From NCBI GenBank assembly GCA_024626585.2, contig JANKJI020000002.1, positions 67,652,200-67,682,637 of the forward strand: DNA of 30,438 bases. The letters are read 5' to 3'. The notes under the pieces were generated by a model. The model worked only from the letters and a program-made list of their open reading frames with translations, did no database searches and was not told the DNA's origin. The position numbers and the translations under genes were made by a program. Shown here one piece after another: positions 1 through 10,507 of the stretch; within the stretch, counting starts at the first letter, position 1; the number at the start of each line of letters is the position of its first letter. The stretch is from Ginkgo biloba (taxonomy: Eukaryota > Plantae > Ginkgophyta).

Positions 1-230
1 CTCTAGAAAAATGGCTACAATATATTTTAACCTGACATTCCTATAGTATTTATTACACCTTATATTAAAGCAATACTCTATCCACATTCTGATAATAAAG
101 ATCTCTTCATATCCATGCATGCTACCTACTCTATATTTTAATTGTATTCCTTTCTTCCTTAGAATAATCTTTGTGAAAGGTTTGGTTGTGACGTAGTGTA
201 CTATGTTAGCATACCACATATCATACTCCT
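1..230 (-). pseudogene. Integrase N-terminal (zinc-binding) region relic
   Basis: Minus strand reads, across a frameshift, WYANIVHYV...KEERNTIKI*SR*HAWI*RDLYYQNVDRVLL*YKV**IL*ECQVKIYCSHFSR. This resembles WY..I..YL...LY...D.VL...IL.ECH...CG.HF of gypsy integrases. Confidence 0.6.
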
Positions 231-299
231 GGATAAAAAAAATAATTGAGCATCTAGAAAGGAGATATGTTTGAGAATAATCAACTTCTTTAGGTTGGG

Positions 300-700
300 T
301 TATTGGTTACCAAGTAGACAAAGGCCTCAACCATTCATTGTCTTTGATTCTCCTTAGTGACAATATCAAAATTGAACTCTTTCAAAATAATAATCCACTT
401 AGGAATCTACCCCTATAAGTAGTCCTAATTTAGGAAGGCACATAGAATATTTACATCCATAAACCACATAAAGTGATTATAAAGTAGATAAATAGGCATC
501 GTACCTACAACATAAATCAAGGGTAGCATCTCCTTTTATAACCATGAATATTAAGATTCAACACCTATGTATTTCCTCTTCGCATAATAAACCAATTTCT
601 CTCTTCCATGTTCATCTAATTGAAGGATAATTATAGGCATAGCCTTATCACTAGCATGCATTATGAAGAGAAACTCTTTGGCCTAGTCTTAGTCTACCAA
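300..700 (-). pseudogene. Retrotransposon RNase H relic
   Basis: Minus strand reads HASDKAMPIIILQLDEHGREKLVYYAKRKYIGVES*YSWL*KEMLPLIYVV, matching the DAS...LxQ...G.E..xYY....E..Y...EKE.LA pattern of Ty3/gypsy RNase H. Confidence 0.8.
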
Positions 701-939
701 TATTGGTGATTGGATTAGTAATGCATTTAGCTTATATAGAGATTCATAAAAAAGTTCTTTCCATTTAAACTTAGTTCCTTTCTTGAGAAAAATATTCATG
801 GGAACCAAAATAATAGCATAATTAGGGATCAATCTCCAATAATACCCAAACTTTCCCAATAAGGATTGCATGCCTAATACATTTATTGCTAAGGGTAAAG
901 ATAGAATAGCCTTGATGATATTGGGATTGAGTGGCATGC

Positions 940-1660
940 CTTCATACTATATGATCCATCTTAATAGTTTATCCTTAGTTGTACACATGATACATTTCAA
1001 CAATTAGAGATAAATGGAAATGGCCCAGACACACTTGAAACTCAAATTGATGAGATGATCACTCCTTTTATGAGAGTTAACTGACTAGTAATCCAAATAA
1101 AAGGCCATGGTCTTCTCTAGTAGGTAATTAAACACCTCTTTCATTATCTTTTAGAATGTCCTAGATGGATTATTAAGCCCAAATGGCATGACTCTATATA
1201 CAAATGTCCCCAAAGATGATGTGAAGGCCATTTTAAGACAGTCATCTAAGTCAATTCTAATATGATTATAGCTTGAATATCTATCCATATAGGTATAAAC
1301 TTCCTTGTTGGATACCTAATCAAATAAACTATATATAAACGGCAACAAGAAATTATCCTTTAGGGTTTCCTTATGAAGATCCTAATAATCGATACAAACT
1401 CTAATCTTGTCATTCTTTTTAGGAGCAAGGACAATGGAGGACACCCATCGATAATGCTCAACTTCAAATATAAAATTTTCCTCTAGTTTATTTTGAATTT
1501 ATTCCTTAACCAAGACATTAATCTTAGGAGCTAGATTCTATTGTCTCTATATTACTAGATGGATTCCCTTCTTTAGGTGAATTTTCAATAATTCTAGCTC
1601 CATTGATACCAAATTTATCTCAGAATAGTTCCACACAAACACATCCCAAAACTCCAAATA
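940..1660 (-). pseudogene. Ty3/gypsy reverse transcriptase relic
   Basis: Minus strand reads WVSSIVLAPKKNDKIRVCIDY*DLHKETLKDNFLLPFI...EVYTYMDRYSSYNHIRIDLDDCLKMAFTSSLGTFVYRVMPFGLNNPSRTF*. The catalytic YxDD is degraded to YLDY* at 1088-1099. Confidence 0.93.
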
Positions 1661-2556
1661 AAGGGTCACATACTGCTCAATTTCCTATGGGGAACATGAT
1701 ACCCTAAAATATAATATTTTTGTCCTACCTTTTGGGTTGATATCCACCTCTTAGATTGGCTTCTCTAGACATTGAGATAGCTTTATCCAATCATCCTCAT
1801 TATATATTCTTATACTAGTGATATTAAAGATAAAAGATAACCCAGATAAGTCTCCTTATTAATATTCCATGAACTTACCNNNNNNNNNNNNNNNNNNNNN
1901 NNNNNNNNNNNNNNNNNNNNNNNNNNNNNNNNNNNNNNNNNNNNNNNNNNNNNNNNNNNNNNNNNNNNNNNNNNNNNNNNNNNNNNNNNNNNNNNNNNNN
2001 NNNNNNNNNNNNNNNNNNNNNNNNNNNNNNNNNNNNNNNNNNNNNNNNNNNNNNNNNNNNNNNNNNNNNNNNNNNNNNNNNNNNNNNNNNNNNNNNNNNN
2101 NNNNNNNNNNNNNNNNNNNNNNNNNNNNNNNNNNNNNNNNNNNNNNNNNNNNNNNNNNNNNNNNNNNNNNNNNNNNNNNNNNNNNNNNNNNNNNNNNNNN
2201 NNNNNNNNNNNNNNNNNNNNNNNNNNNNNNNNNNNNNNNNNNNNNNNNNNNNNNNNNNNNNNNNNNNNNNNNNNNNNNNNNNNNNNNNNNNNNNNNNNNN
2301 NNNNNNNNNNNNNNNNNNNNNNNNNNNNNNNNNNNNNNNNNNNNNNNNNNNNNNNNNNNNNNNNNNNNNNNNNNNNNNNNNNNNNNNNNNNNNNNNNNNN
2401 NNNNNNNNNNNNNNNNNNNNNNNNNNNNNNNNNNNNNNNNNNNNNNNNNNNNNNNNNNNNNNNNNNNNNNNNNNNNNNNNNNNNNNNNNNNNNNNNNNNN
2501 NNNNNNNNNNNNNNNNNNNNNNNNNNNNNNNNNNNNNNNNNNNNNNNNNNNNNNNA

Positions 2557-2640
2557 ATAATGTTCACCAATGATCCACCATCCACTAACACCCCCTATAG
2601 TACATGATCACTAATAATTACCATTACTAAAAAGGCTCCT
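2557..2640 (-). pseudogene. Retroviral-type aspartic protease relic (rest lies in the N-run)
   Basis: Minus strand reads AFLVMVIISDHVL*GVLVDGGSLVNII, the LVDGGS-x-NI active-site motif typical of Tat/Ogre-like elements. Confidence 0.8.
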
Positions 2641-3949
2641 AGATTTGTGCTAGTATATAGGACCTATAAGGAAGGTAGTTGGATTATATCTGCCTATAAT
2701 TATTTACCAAGTGATGGAACCAATTTTAATAGTTGTGCCACAGAAATGTGTGCCTATAACTATACAAGGTATACCCATAATGAGTATGATGGCACTAGTT
2801 CCCTTATGATGGATGGCTAATACATCATCTTTATAGCATAATATATAGAGGCCATAGTCTTAGGTTCAATTAAACCTATTGATACAGTAGTTCTAACCAT
2901 CTCTATCATCTCCATTATCAAAATCATTTCAAGAACCTCTAAGATGGCATTGCTATTACTAATTGTCAATAATTGATTATTAGTAAGCAATGACAAAATG
3001 TGTTGAGGATATGGAGTTATCAAATGGTACACATATGTTAGGCCTCATTAAGACAAAGCTAAGACTCCATAAATAAGAATATCATTGTGTACTCTTTGAA
3101 TAGGTGGGAGATAAACATGTATATATTGAATATTAGGAACCTATGTTACTTATGGAGGGGTAATAGGTTGATGATTAGCCTATGGCACTATGGGATGTAC
3201 TATCCTAGGTGGAGTTGGTCTTAGATATTGGCCTTTCCTATGACTAGACACTCAATATACATTATAATACTCATTACTAGAGGGTATTTAATCCAACATA
3301 TGTTCACCTCAGTAATTGGGATAATGAGATAAATATTAATAATTTTCTCTAGAATGGTCATTCNNNNNNNNNNNNNNNNNNNNNNNNNNNNNNNNNNNNN
3401 NNNATGGTTCTCCTCATATATCTACACAATCACCCTATCAACCATGGCCTCCATTCCCCCTCTAAGCATAATAAGATGGTGCATGTTCTTCTTGATTAGA
3501 TGGATAGTTATCCTCTTATTATGATGGTGCTACTAGTACATTAGTGGGTTATTGATTAGCTTTCGTTGGTTGACCCTACTAGTGTTGATTCCTTTGTTTA
3601 TCTTGATTATCATGTAGAAAATTAAACATCTAATCTACTACTTCTCATTAAATAACCATCATATTATTCATTGATTAAACCAATCAATCTATAGTTGAGA
3701 GAAATAACTACTCTGGGATAGCCTCACATTTGGCTAATTGAGGAGCAAGTATACTTGCTAGCACTGGTATAGGTTGAGGCTGAGGTAGATAAAAATGTAA
3801 TGCAGACATAGGTTAAACAACATAAATTGAGTATGAGTCAAGGACCAAATAATAAGGTACTATAGGTTTAGGAACCTAAGGTGGTCTGACAATTTTAAAA
3901 TTATGATCCCATACTCTAGGATCTATTTGAGAGATAAAATTTAAGTCAT

Positions 3950-4420
3950 CCTCAAACATTAAAATAGCTTGAATTACTTCCTCCAATGTCATTTAATTAT
4001 TCTACCATAAATCCCACTAAGATATAACATGAATACCATTCTCAAAATAGGCTAACAAGGTATGGTCATTTACCTATGATCCAATTTTCTACCAATAAGC
4101 ATTGAATTGATTAGTATATTCTTTGTACAACTCTTCCACCTAAATAATTAAACTATAATGACTCGTGATCAAGTGATTTTGGCCATCTCTCAATACCTAA
4201 GAAAAAGTTAATGAAGCTAGATTACCTCTACAATCTCTATCTATGTAAAGAGTCTATGAGATAAAATTTGAGTCCTTGATAGGGTCCTTCAAGAGATACC
4301 TCCAAATTTATTAAAATATTCATAAATTAAAATTAAACTCATTAATTCTCAAGTGTTTTCTCTCAAAAAATCCATTAGATATTGATGGGAAAATTAACCA
4401 AAGAATACTAGGTAGTGAAA
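3950..4420 (-). pseudogene. Retrotransposon gag relic (copy A)
   Basis: Minus strand reads *VEELYKEYTNQFNAYW*KIGS*VNDHTLLAYFENGIH, a Q...E..Y...F major-homology-region-like motif. It lies upstream of the protease in the expected position. Confidence 0.65.
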
Positions 4421-4951
4421 ATCAATATCTTAATGATTAACAAAATATATGCACCACCCAGAGTGTCACTATAAGATTTGATTTAAAAAAGGTGTCCAAC
4501 CCTTAGATAAGTTAGCCATATGCTAATTTTTATTTTACTAGGGCAATCCCCACTAATGTAGAAATATATCCTTAAGGGCTCAAAAGAGATCTTAAGACTT
4601 CACCATCTAAGAACCTATCTAGTTTCTTTTAAGAGGTAGAGATTAAACATAAAAAATATAAGAAAATAACAAACTACCAAAGAAATGANNNNNNNNNNNN
4701 NNNNNNNNNNNNNNNNNNNNNNNNNNNNNNNNNNNNNNNNNNNNNNNNNNNNNNNNNNNNNNNNNNNNNNNNNNNNNNNNNNNNNNNNGGCCCATAACTA
4801 AATAAAGTGAGAGAGATAGAGATGAGATAGAGAGAGAAAACCCAATGTAGTAAGAACTCTCTAATGAATCACCTATGGTCATAGCCTCCTCAAAAATATT
4901 AGACCCCATAGGACCATGTGATATCCCCCTCCTCATTAGGATGGAACATCA

Positions 4952-5340
4952 CCAATAAGGTCTATTCATTCACCCATGATTTAAATTTCTCCTAATAAGC
5001 ATTGAACTAGTTAATATATTCCTTATAAGACTCATATACCCCTTAACGAATTGCTATCATCTCATTTAAGTATTTTTTCTTTCTATCAACTCAAGAAAAT
5101 TGAGGAATAAGTAATGCTATAATATCTTCCCATAATTTCATCAAATTATAAACAAAGTATTATATTAGTCCTTGGAATCATGAGTGAAATTTGTTGGGAA
5201 TAAAATCATCCACTGGTATGGATTAGTAATACCATTAATAATACAAGTAGATATTAAATGTTAAACATGTTGAGTGGCATTATCCAAGCCATTATATCTA
5301 TATAATGATACCAATATAAGTAAACCTAGGTGTAGGCATG
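4952..5340 (-). pseudogene. Retrotransposon gag relic (copy B), truncated at ~4951
   Basis: Minus strand reads LYRYNGLDNATQHV*HLISTCIINGITNPYQWMILFPTNFTHDSKD*YNTL and IAIR*GVYESYKEYIN*FNAY*EKFKSWVNE*TLL, matching Retrotrans_gag YxG..DP..HV...LFP...WY and the Q..ES..Y..F motif. DNA at ~4957-5033 aligns with ~4057-4135. Confidence 0.75.
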
Positions 5341-8300
5341 AAGGCACTATGATCATGATGGGATTTGCTAGTGCAGAAGAAGAAGATATGGTTAGTGGTA
5401 TAAAAGCTAATAATAAAGATGAGTGCCCAATAGAATGAGTCATAGAGGCCAAACATACTTGAATTGAAAGTTCCTATAAGGAAGATATGAAAAGAGGATT
5501 TGACCAAATTTTCAAAGATGATGGGGAGCCTAAAGAGATAGCAATGGATGGATTGATTAGAGGTAACTAAACTCTAGAATCTAACCAGTGGAAGAATTGG
5601 GTAAGATCTAGAGAATCCTCTAAGCTCATTGAGTTAGAATTTAAAGGAGCACCTTCTTCTGATATAACGACCCTAAGTTAGTGGCTCTTTCTTCTAGATT
5701 GCCTAAGTATAGTCATTAGGACAAAATTACTAATAGATAATGGCAACTTCAATGAAAGAGACAAGTGATTAGAGGTGGATGCAAATGAACTCTAAGAGGA
5801 TCTTCTTGATTTGAATCAAACAAAGGAAAGGTGACCAAAGGTTTAATCTATAAGATAACAACTAAACTAGGTTTGTCATTAAAAAAAGATCAAGATAGGC
5901 CTTGCCCAAATAATCNNNNNNNNNNNNNNNNNNNNNNNNNNNNNNNNNNNNNNNNNNNNNNNAGAACTTCTCCTTTAATTCTATAGCTTAATCAAAATAT
6001 TTTATTAGAATCTCATTCTTGACATTCCAATGTAAATTTACTTGATTACACAAAAATAAAGAATTAGATAGGGCATAAACTCATGATATCTCTTTTGTAG
6101 CTAAGACTTTCAGGGCTTTGATCAAGACAACATACTCAGTAATATTATTAATATAGAGGAAATAAATTAAAACTAGAATGANNNNNNNNNNNNNNNNNNN
6201 NNNNNNNNNNNNNNNNNNNNNNNNNNNNNNNNNNNNNNNNNNNNNNNNNNNNNNNNNNNNNNNNNNNNNNNNNNNNNNNNNTCTGAATTTGATAGTCATT
6301 AACTATTAGTAAGCTCAATCACATGATCTATGTATATAAAGTTAATTCATTACTTATAGAGCTTGATTTTTGTTCAAATCATTTAAATTTGTATAATCCT
6401 TTCAAACACCAACTTGTTTATATAAAAAAAGTATAGAAAATGATGGTGCAATGGATCTAGTTTATAAAGATATTTAGAGTAAAATGCTCAAGCCAAATAT
6501 AACTTATTGCTATTGTAAATATAAAATAATGCCTTCTTAATAATTACACATTGAAAAAAATATTGAAAAATATGGGGACTCCTAGGGCTTTTCTTATGTC
6601 TAGTTTATAAGAAGGAAAATAATGCACTTGTTTATATTTTTAGGTCTTATTCTTAATTATGCAACTAAACTCTTCTCTATGGAAAACTTGCAAAGATGGA
6701 TTCAACACCACCACCTAGGTATTAAAGAGTAATTCGTATCTACATGGTCAACAACTATTTCTCCTTTTGTTGTCCATTAAGGTTTTTTAGATAATTATGA
6801 TTACTAGTGTTCAAATTAATATTATAGTCTATTTAGAGGTATAAGAACAACTAAATCTTTCATCAAAGGCATTCATTCTATAAGTGCAAATAATTTGGTG
6901 GAATTAGATATGTCTCCTTAGGTGGAATCTAATTTAAAAAATGGAAATGCCAACTTACTTAAATGAATCTTATCATGAGAAATCAAAGTCGACTATGAAG
7001 TGATTTTCTTCTAATAAGATGGTGAACTAATTCCAAACTCAACATTGTTGTGTGCCTACAATAAGAAGACTTAAGAAATAAAAAGTTGTACTATTGGTGA
7101 TGCAATGGTTATTTGGCCTGAACTTGTACTAATGAAGATGTAAAAACCATTTGGTTTAATTTCTTAAAAGTATAATAAAATACATCTAATTAAAATAAAG
7201 AACTTATGTGGCATGACAAAACCATATCCATCTAGTTGTTAGAAATATAGGATAAACAGGGGCATTAGATTAAATCATATGGACTTGCAATATTACATGG
7301 TTCATAGAACCATAGTTGGTTACACCACATCAGGATGTCATGTANNNNNNNNNNNNNNNNNNNNNNNNNNNNNNNNNNNNNNNNNNNNNNNNNNNNNNNN
7401 NNNNNNNNNNNNNNNNNNNNNNNNNNNNNNNNNNNNNNNNNNNNNNNNNNNNNNNNNNNNNNNNNNNNNNNNNNNNNNNNNNNNNNNNNNNNNNNNNNNN
7501 NNNNNNNNNNNNNNNNNNNNNNNNNNNNNNNNNNNNNNNNNNNNNNNNNNNNNNNNNNNNNNNNNNNNNNNNNNNNNNNNNNNNNNNNNNNNNNNNNNNN
7601 NNNNNNNNNNNNNNNNNNNNNNNNNNNNNNNNNNNNNNNNNNNNNNNNNNNNNNNNNNNNNNNNNNNNNNNNNNNNNNNNNNNNNNNNNNNNNNNNNNNN
7701 NNNNNNNNNNNNNNNNNNNNNNNNNNNNNNNNNNNNNNNNNNNNNNNNNNNNNNNNNNNNNNNNNNNNNNNNNNNNNNNNNNNNNNNNNNNNNNNNNNNN
7801 NNNNNNNNNNNNNNNNNNNNNNNNNNNNNNNNNNNNNNNNNNNNNNNNNNNNNNNNNNNNNNNNNNNNNNNNNNNNNNNNNNNNNNNNNNNNNNNNNNNN
7901 NNNNNNNNNNNNNNNNNNNNNNNNNNNNNNNNNNNNNNNNNNNNNNNNNNNNNNNNNNNNNNNNNNNNNNNNNNNNNNNNNNNNNNNNNNNNNNNNNNNN
8001 NNNNNNNNNNNNNNNNNNNNNNNNNNNNNNNNNNNNNNNNNNNNNNNNNNNNNNNNNNNNNNNNNNNNNNNNNNNNNNNNNNNNNNNNNNNNNNNNNNNN
8101 NNNNNNNNNNNNNNNNNNNNNNNNNNNNNNNNNNNNNNNNNNNNNNNNNNNNNNNNNNNNNNNNNNNNNNNNNNNNNNNNNNNNNNNNNNNNNNNNNNNN
8201 NNNNNNNNNNNNNNNNNNNNNNNNNNNNNNNTCCAGTTCACCTTAGAAATAAATTCCTACAAATATTCAACATGACTTGAGGATGAGCACAAAGTGATTG

Positions 8301-9091
8301 GAATATTTCTTGCCTTGTTGGTTACTCTTTGTTTATTACCCTAAGTATGCATATTTGTTAAAGTTTCATGGCTTGCTAGTGTAGTAGTGGGACATAAGGG
8401 GCATCTTTTCACTTTTTTGGATTGTGTGTAATAATGTACATACCTTAATAGAATATGATTCGGATAGGAAAAAAATGTCAGAGAGGACTCCAAAAACTTT
8501 TGCAAGGAATGAGTCCAAAGGACAAAGCACATTTGATAACCAATTTGAAAAATGTGAGCATACAAATTAAAGAAGGGTTGTATGATGAGCACCATATTTT
8601 GAGAGCATAATTGTTGTGACACACTATATGTGTTTCAAAGGGGAAAAAAAGAAGATATTTACATATGATTATTGAACTCCCATGAAAACACACAAAATCT
8701 CATTGACAGATCTGAAAGGCACTAAACATGAGTATTTAGTTGCTCTGCAATACATATAGATTATTAGGCTATATGTATTCTCATATGTTTGTGTGAAAAA
8801 GAGAAATATCTTTATCCAAGTCCTATATACTGAATTAAAATTAACGCCACATGTTTTCTAATGTAGTAAAATTTGACTAATTTGGTAAGACACTTGGGCC
8901 GGTGTTAAGAGGAGGATGTGGACGCTCAAAAAATCTAAATTCTGGCCATAGAGTAAAAAGAGGAGGAGTAAAGGCCTAAATCCGGAGATTACCTCAGGCG
9001 GGCACTTCTATTCTTCTCGACAACATTGCCACACCACCGCAGCACCGCAGGTTGGATAGCTTGTCCTCACTGCAACCTAAACCAAGTATCC

Positions 9092-9742
9092 ATGGCCTCC
9101 GATTCCTCCGCCAAATATGAACCCAATGCCCCCCCTCTTCCTCCGGGTGCTGAATTTAGCGAAGAATGGACAAGATCTTACGCCCATGAAAATCAACCAT
9201 TGATTCAACGGCATGGATATGACACAGAAACTGGATCGGCTTCCAGTTATGGACCTTTACAGGGCCCCATGCCCTATGGACAAAGCCCTTCTTCTTATCA
9301 GCAATACGTGGTTCCATCCCCTGTCTACGGAATGCCCGTTTGGCAAGATGCGAGACCTGAATGGAGTACTGGGCTTTGCCATTGTGGAGCAGATATGCCC
9401 ATCTGCTTGCTTGGGTGCTGTTGCCCTTGTATTTTGTTTGGAAAAGTCGCAGAGAAAGCGGATGGGGGTATGACTTCCTGCCTTACAGCTACAGTTGTCT
9501 GGTATATTCTTCAGCAAGTAACGTCTTGTGGGTGCATTTACTCTTTTGGATTCAGAAGAAAACTCCGCGCAAGATATAATCTTCCAGAGAAACCCCTTCC
9601 AGATTGCCTTGTGCATTACTTATGCTGGCCTTGTGCATTCTGTCAAGAGTACAGAGAATTTAATGTTCGCAGAGTCAGAGAAGAAGCCTGGGCTAGCAGA
9701 CCAATCATGGCTCCTCCACAGCAGCAATCCATGAGTTACTGA
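9092..9742 (+). CDS. PLAC8-domain cysteine-rich membrane protein (Plant Cadmium Resistance / Cell Number Regulator / FW2.2-like family), 216 aa, single coding exon
   Basis: Uninterrupted ORF from the first ATG (9092, context tccATGGcc) to TGA. The track's 9026 start is a TTG. Motifs: WSTGLCHC (res 91), CLLGCCCPC (CLxxxxCPC/CCPC), YSFGFRRKLRARYNL, DCLVHYLCWPCAFCQEYRE and a C-terminal APPQQQSM, all typical of plant PLAC8 proteins. Confidence 0.95.
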   Translation: MASDSSAKYEPNAPPLPPGAEFSEEWTRSYAHENQPLIQRHGYDTETGSASSYGPLQGPMPYGQSPSSYQQYVVPSPVYGMPVWQDARPEWSTGLCHCGADMPICLLGCCCPCILFGKVAEKADGGMTSCLTATVVWYILQQVTSCGCIYSFGFRRKLRARYNLPEKPLPDCLVHYLCWPCAFCQEYREFNVRRVREEAWASRPIMAPPQQQSMSY

Positions 9743-9753
9743 AGTAAGGCATA

Positions 9754-9777
9754 AGGCTTGATCTTTCGATCAAGCCT
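9754..9777 (+). promoter_or_regulatory. Perfect stem-loop in the proximal 3' UTR of the PLAC8 gene
   Basis: AGGCTTGATC-TTTC-GATCAAGCCT: 10-bp perfect stem with a 4-nt loop, 11 nt after the stop codon. The structure is seen directly; its function is unknown. Confidence 0.55.
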
Positions 9778-9942
9778 CCTCTGCATTAGTTGTATTGCAT
9801 ATTTTCGAATAATATATCTGTAGGGATTCACACTGTATGTTATTGAAAGAGGTGGACGTAATTTCCAAACTGGGACTCAAGGCTGTATTTTATTTTATTT
9901 TGTTTATGTTCAGTTTCCATTACGTATTGTTATACAAGTTGC

Positions 9943-9948
9943 AATAAA
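9943..9948 (+). promoter_or_regulatory. Candidate polyadenylation signal
   Basis: AATAAA about 200 nt after the stop, preceded by a TGTA-containing U-rich tract (~9884-9910) resembling a plant far-upstream element. Confidence 0.4.
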
Positions 9949-10420
9949 GCATGTTCATCTGAAGTGGGATGTATTTAAAGACGTGTTCTATATATGTATA
10001 GTTTCTATTGAATTTTCTTGTATGAGCTGTAATAAAATAGAAATATTCCTTACACGCGAATATATTCAGAGATGTTCCCCAACTCCATAGTTCTTTTGTA
10101 ATTTGACCTTGGACAATAAAGTAAAGTATGCCTTCAGATTCAGCATTCCATCTTAGTGATAGCATCAAGATTGGATGTTTCCAGATTCGGCTGGGTTTGA
10201 ACAAAATTTTCAAGGGTATTAGATCCAAACATATATCACTGAACTGATACATATGTGCCTGATTGGTTGATGGTTTTGTTCTAATAAATGGATGTTTTTT
10301 AGAGACTGATACAAGATTTTTTGCTCTGTTTGGTGTGCCTAAGGTTGTTCCTATTTCCCTTGGAACTTGAGTTAGCCCCCATTTGATCTGGCATAATGAA
10401 TGCATTGCAATCTACCAATA

Positions 10421-10507
10421 GCTAGCAAAGTTGACACACTACAAGTCCCAATTGCTATTTCTGTGGTTTCTTATTTATTCACAGTTGCTACCAAAGTTGA
10501 CACACTA
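10421..10507 (+). repeat. 21-bp direct repeat pair
   Basis: GCTAGCAAAGTTGACACACTA (10421-10441) and GCTACCAAAGTTGACACACTA (10487-10507), 20/21 identical. Confidence 0.8.

Larger units (their letters stand above)
1..4688 (-). mobile_element. Degenerate Ty3/gypsy LTR retrotransposon (non-chromovirus, Athila/Tat-like), running off the window start
   Basis: Manual minus-strand translation gives the order gag (~3950-4420), protease (2557-2640), RT (~940-1660), RNase H (~300-700) and integrase N-terminus (1-230). RT-RH-INT order is the Ty3/gypsy arrangement. All frames are broken by stops and frameshifts. The upper boundary is set by a 100-N gap. Confidence 0.9.

Noticed and set aside
1869-8280. 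Long ORF-track entries made mostly of X (also at ~12076-12602, 23769-24311, 27176-27862)
   Set aside because: They are read-throughs of N-runs, not coding evidence. Only the LVDGGS protease fragment at 2557-2591 is meaningful.
9026-9091. 22-aa N-terminal extension with a CPHC motif from the ORF track
   Set aside because: It depends on a TTG start. The first ATG at 9092 has good plant context, so the CxxC is probably 5' UTR coincidence.
9213-9734. Overlapping alternative-frame and antisense ORFs inside the PLAC8 gene
   Set aside because: Short shadow frames of a real CDS with no recognisable motifs.
9920-10405. 161-aa antisense ORF convergent with the PLAC8 gene
   Set aside because: No recognisable domain, and its composition is like translated AT-rich non-coding DNA. 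It cannot be supported without expression data.
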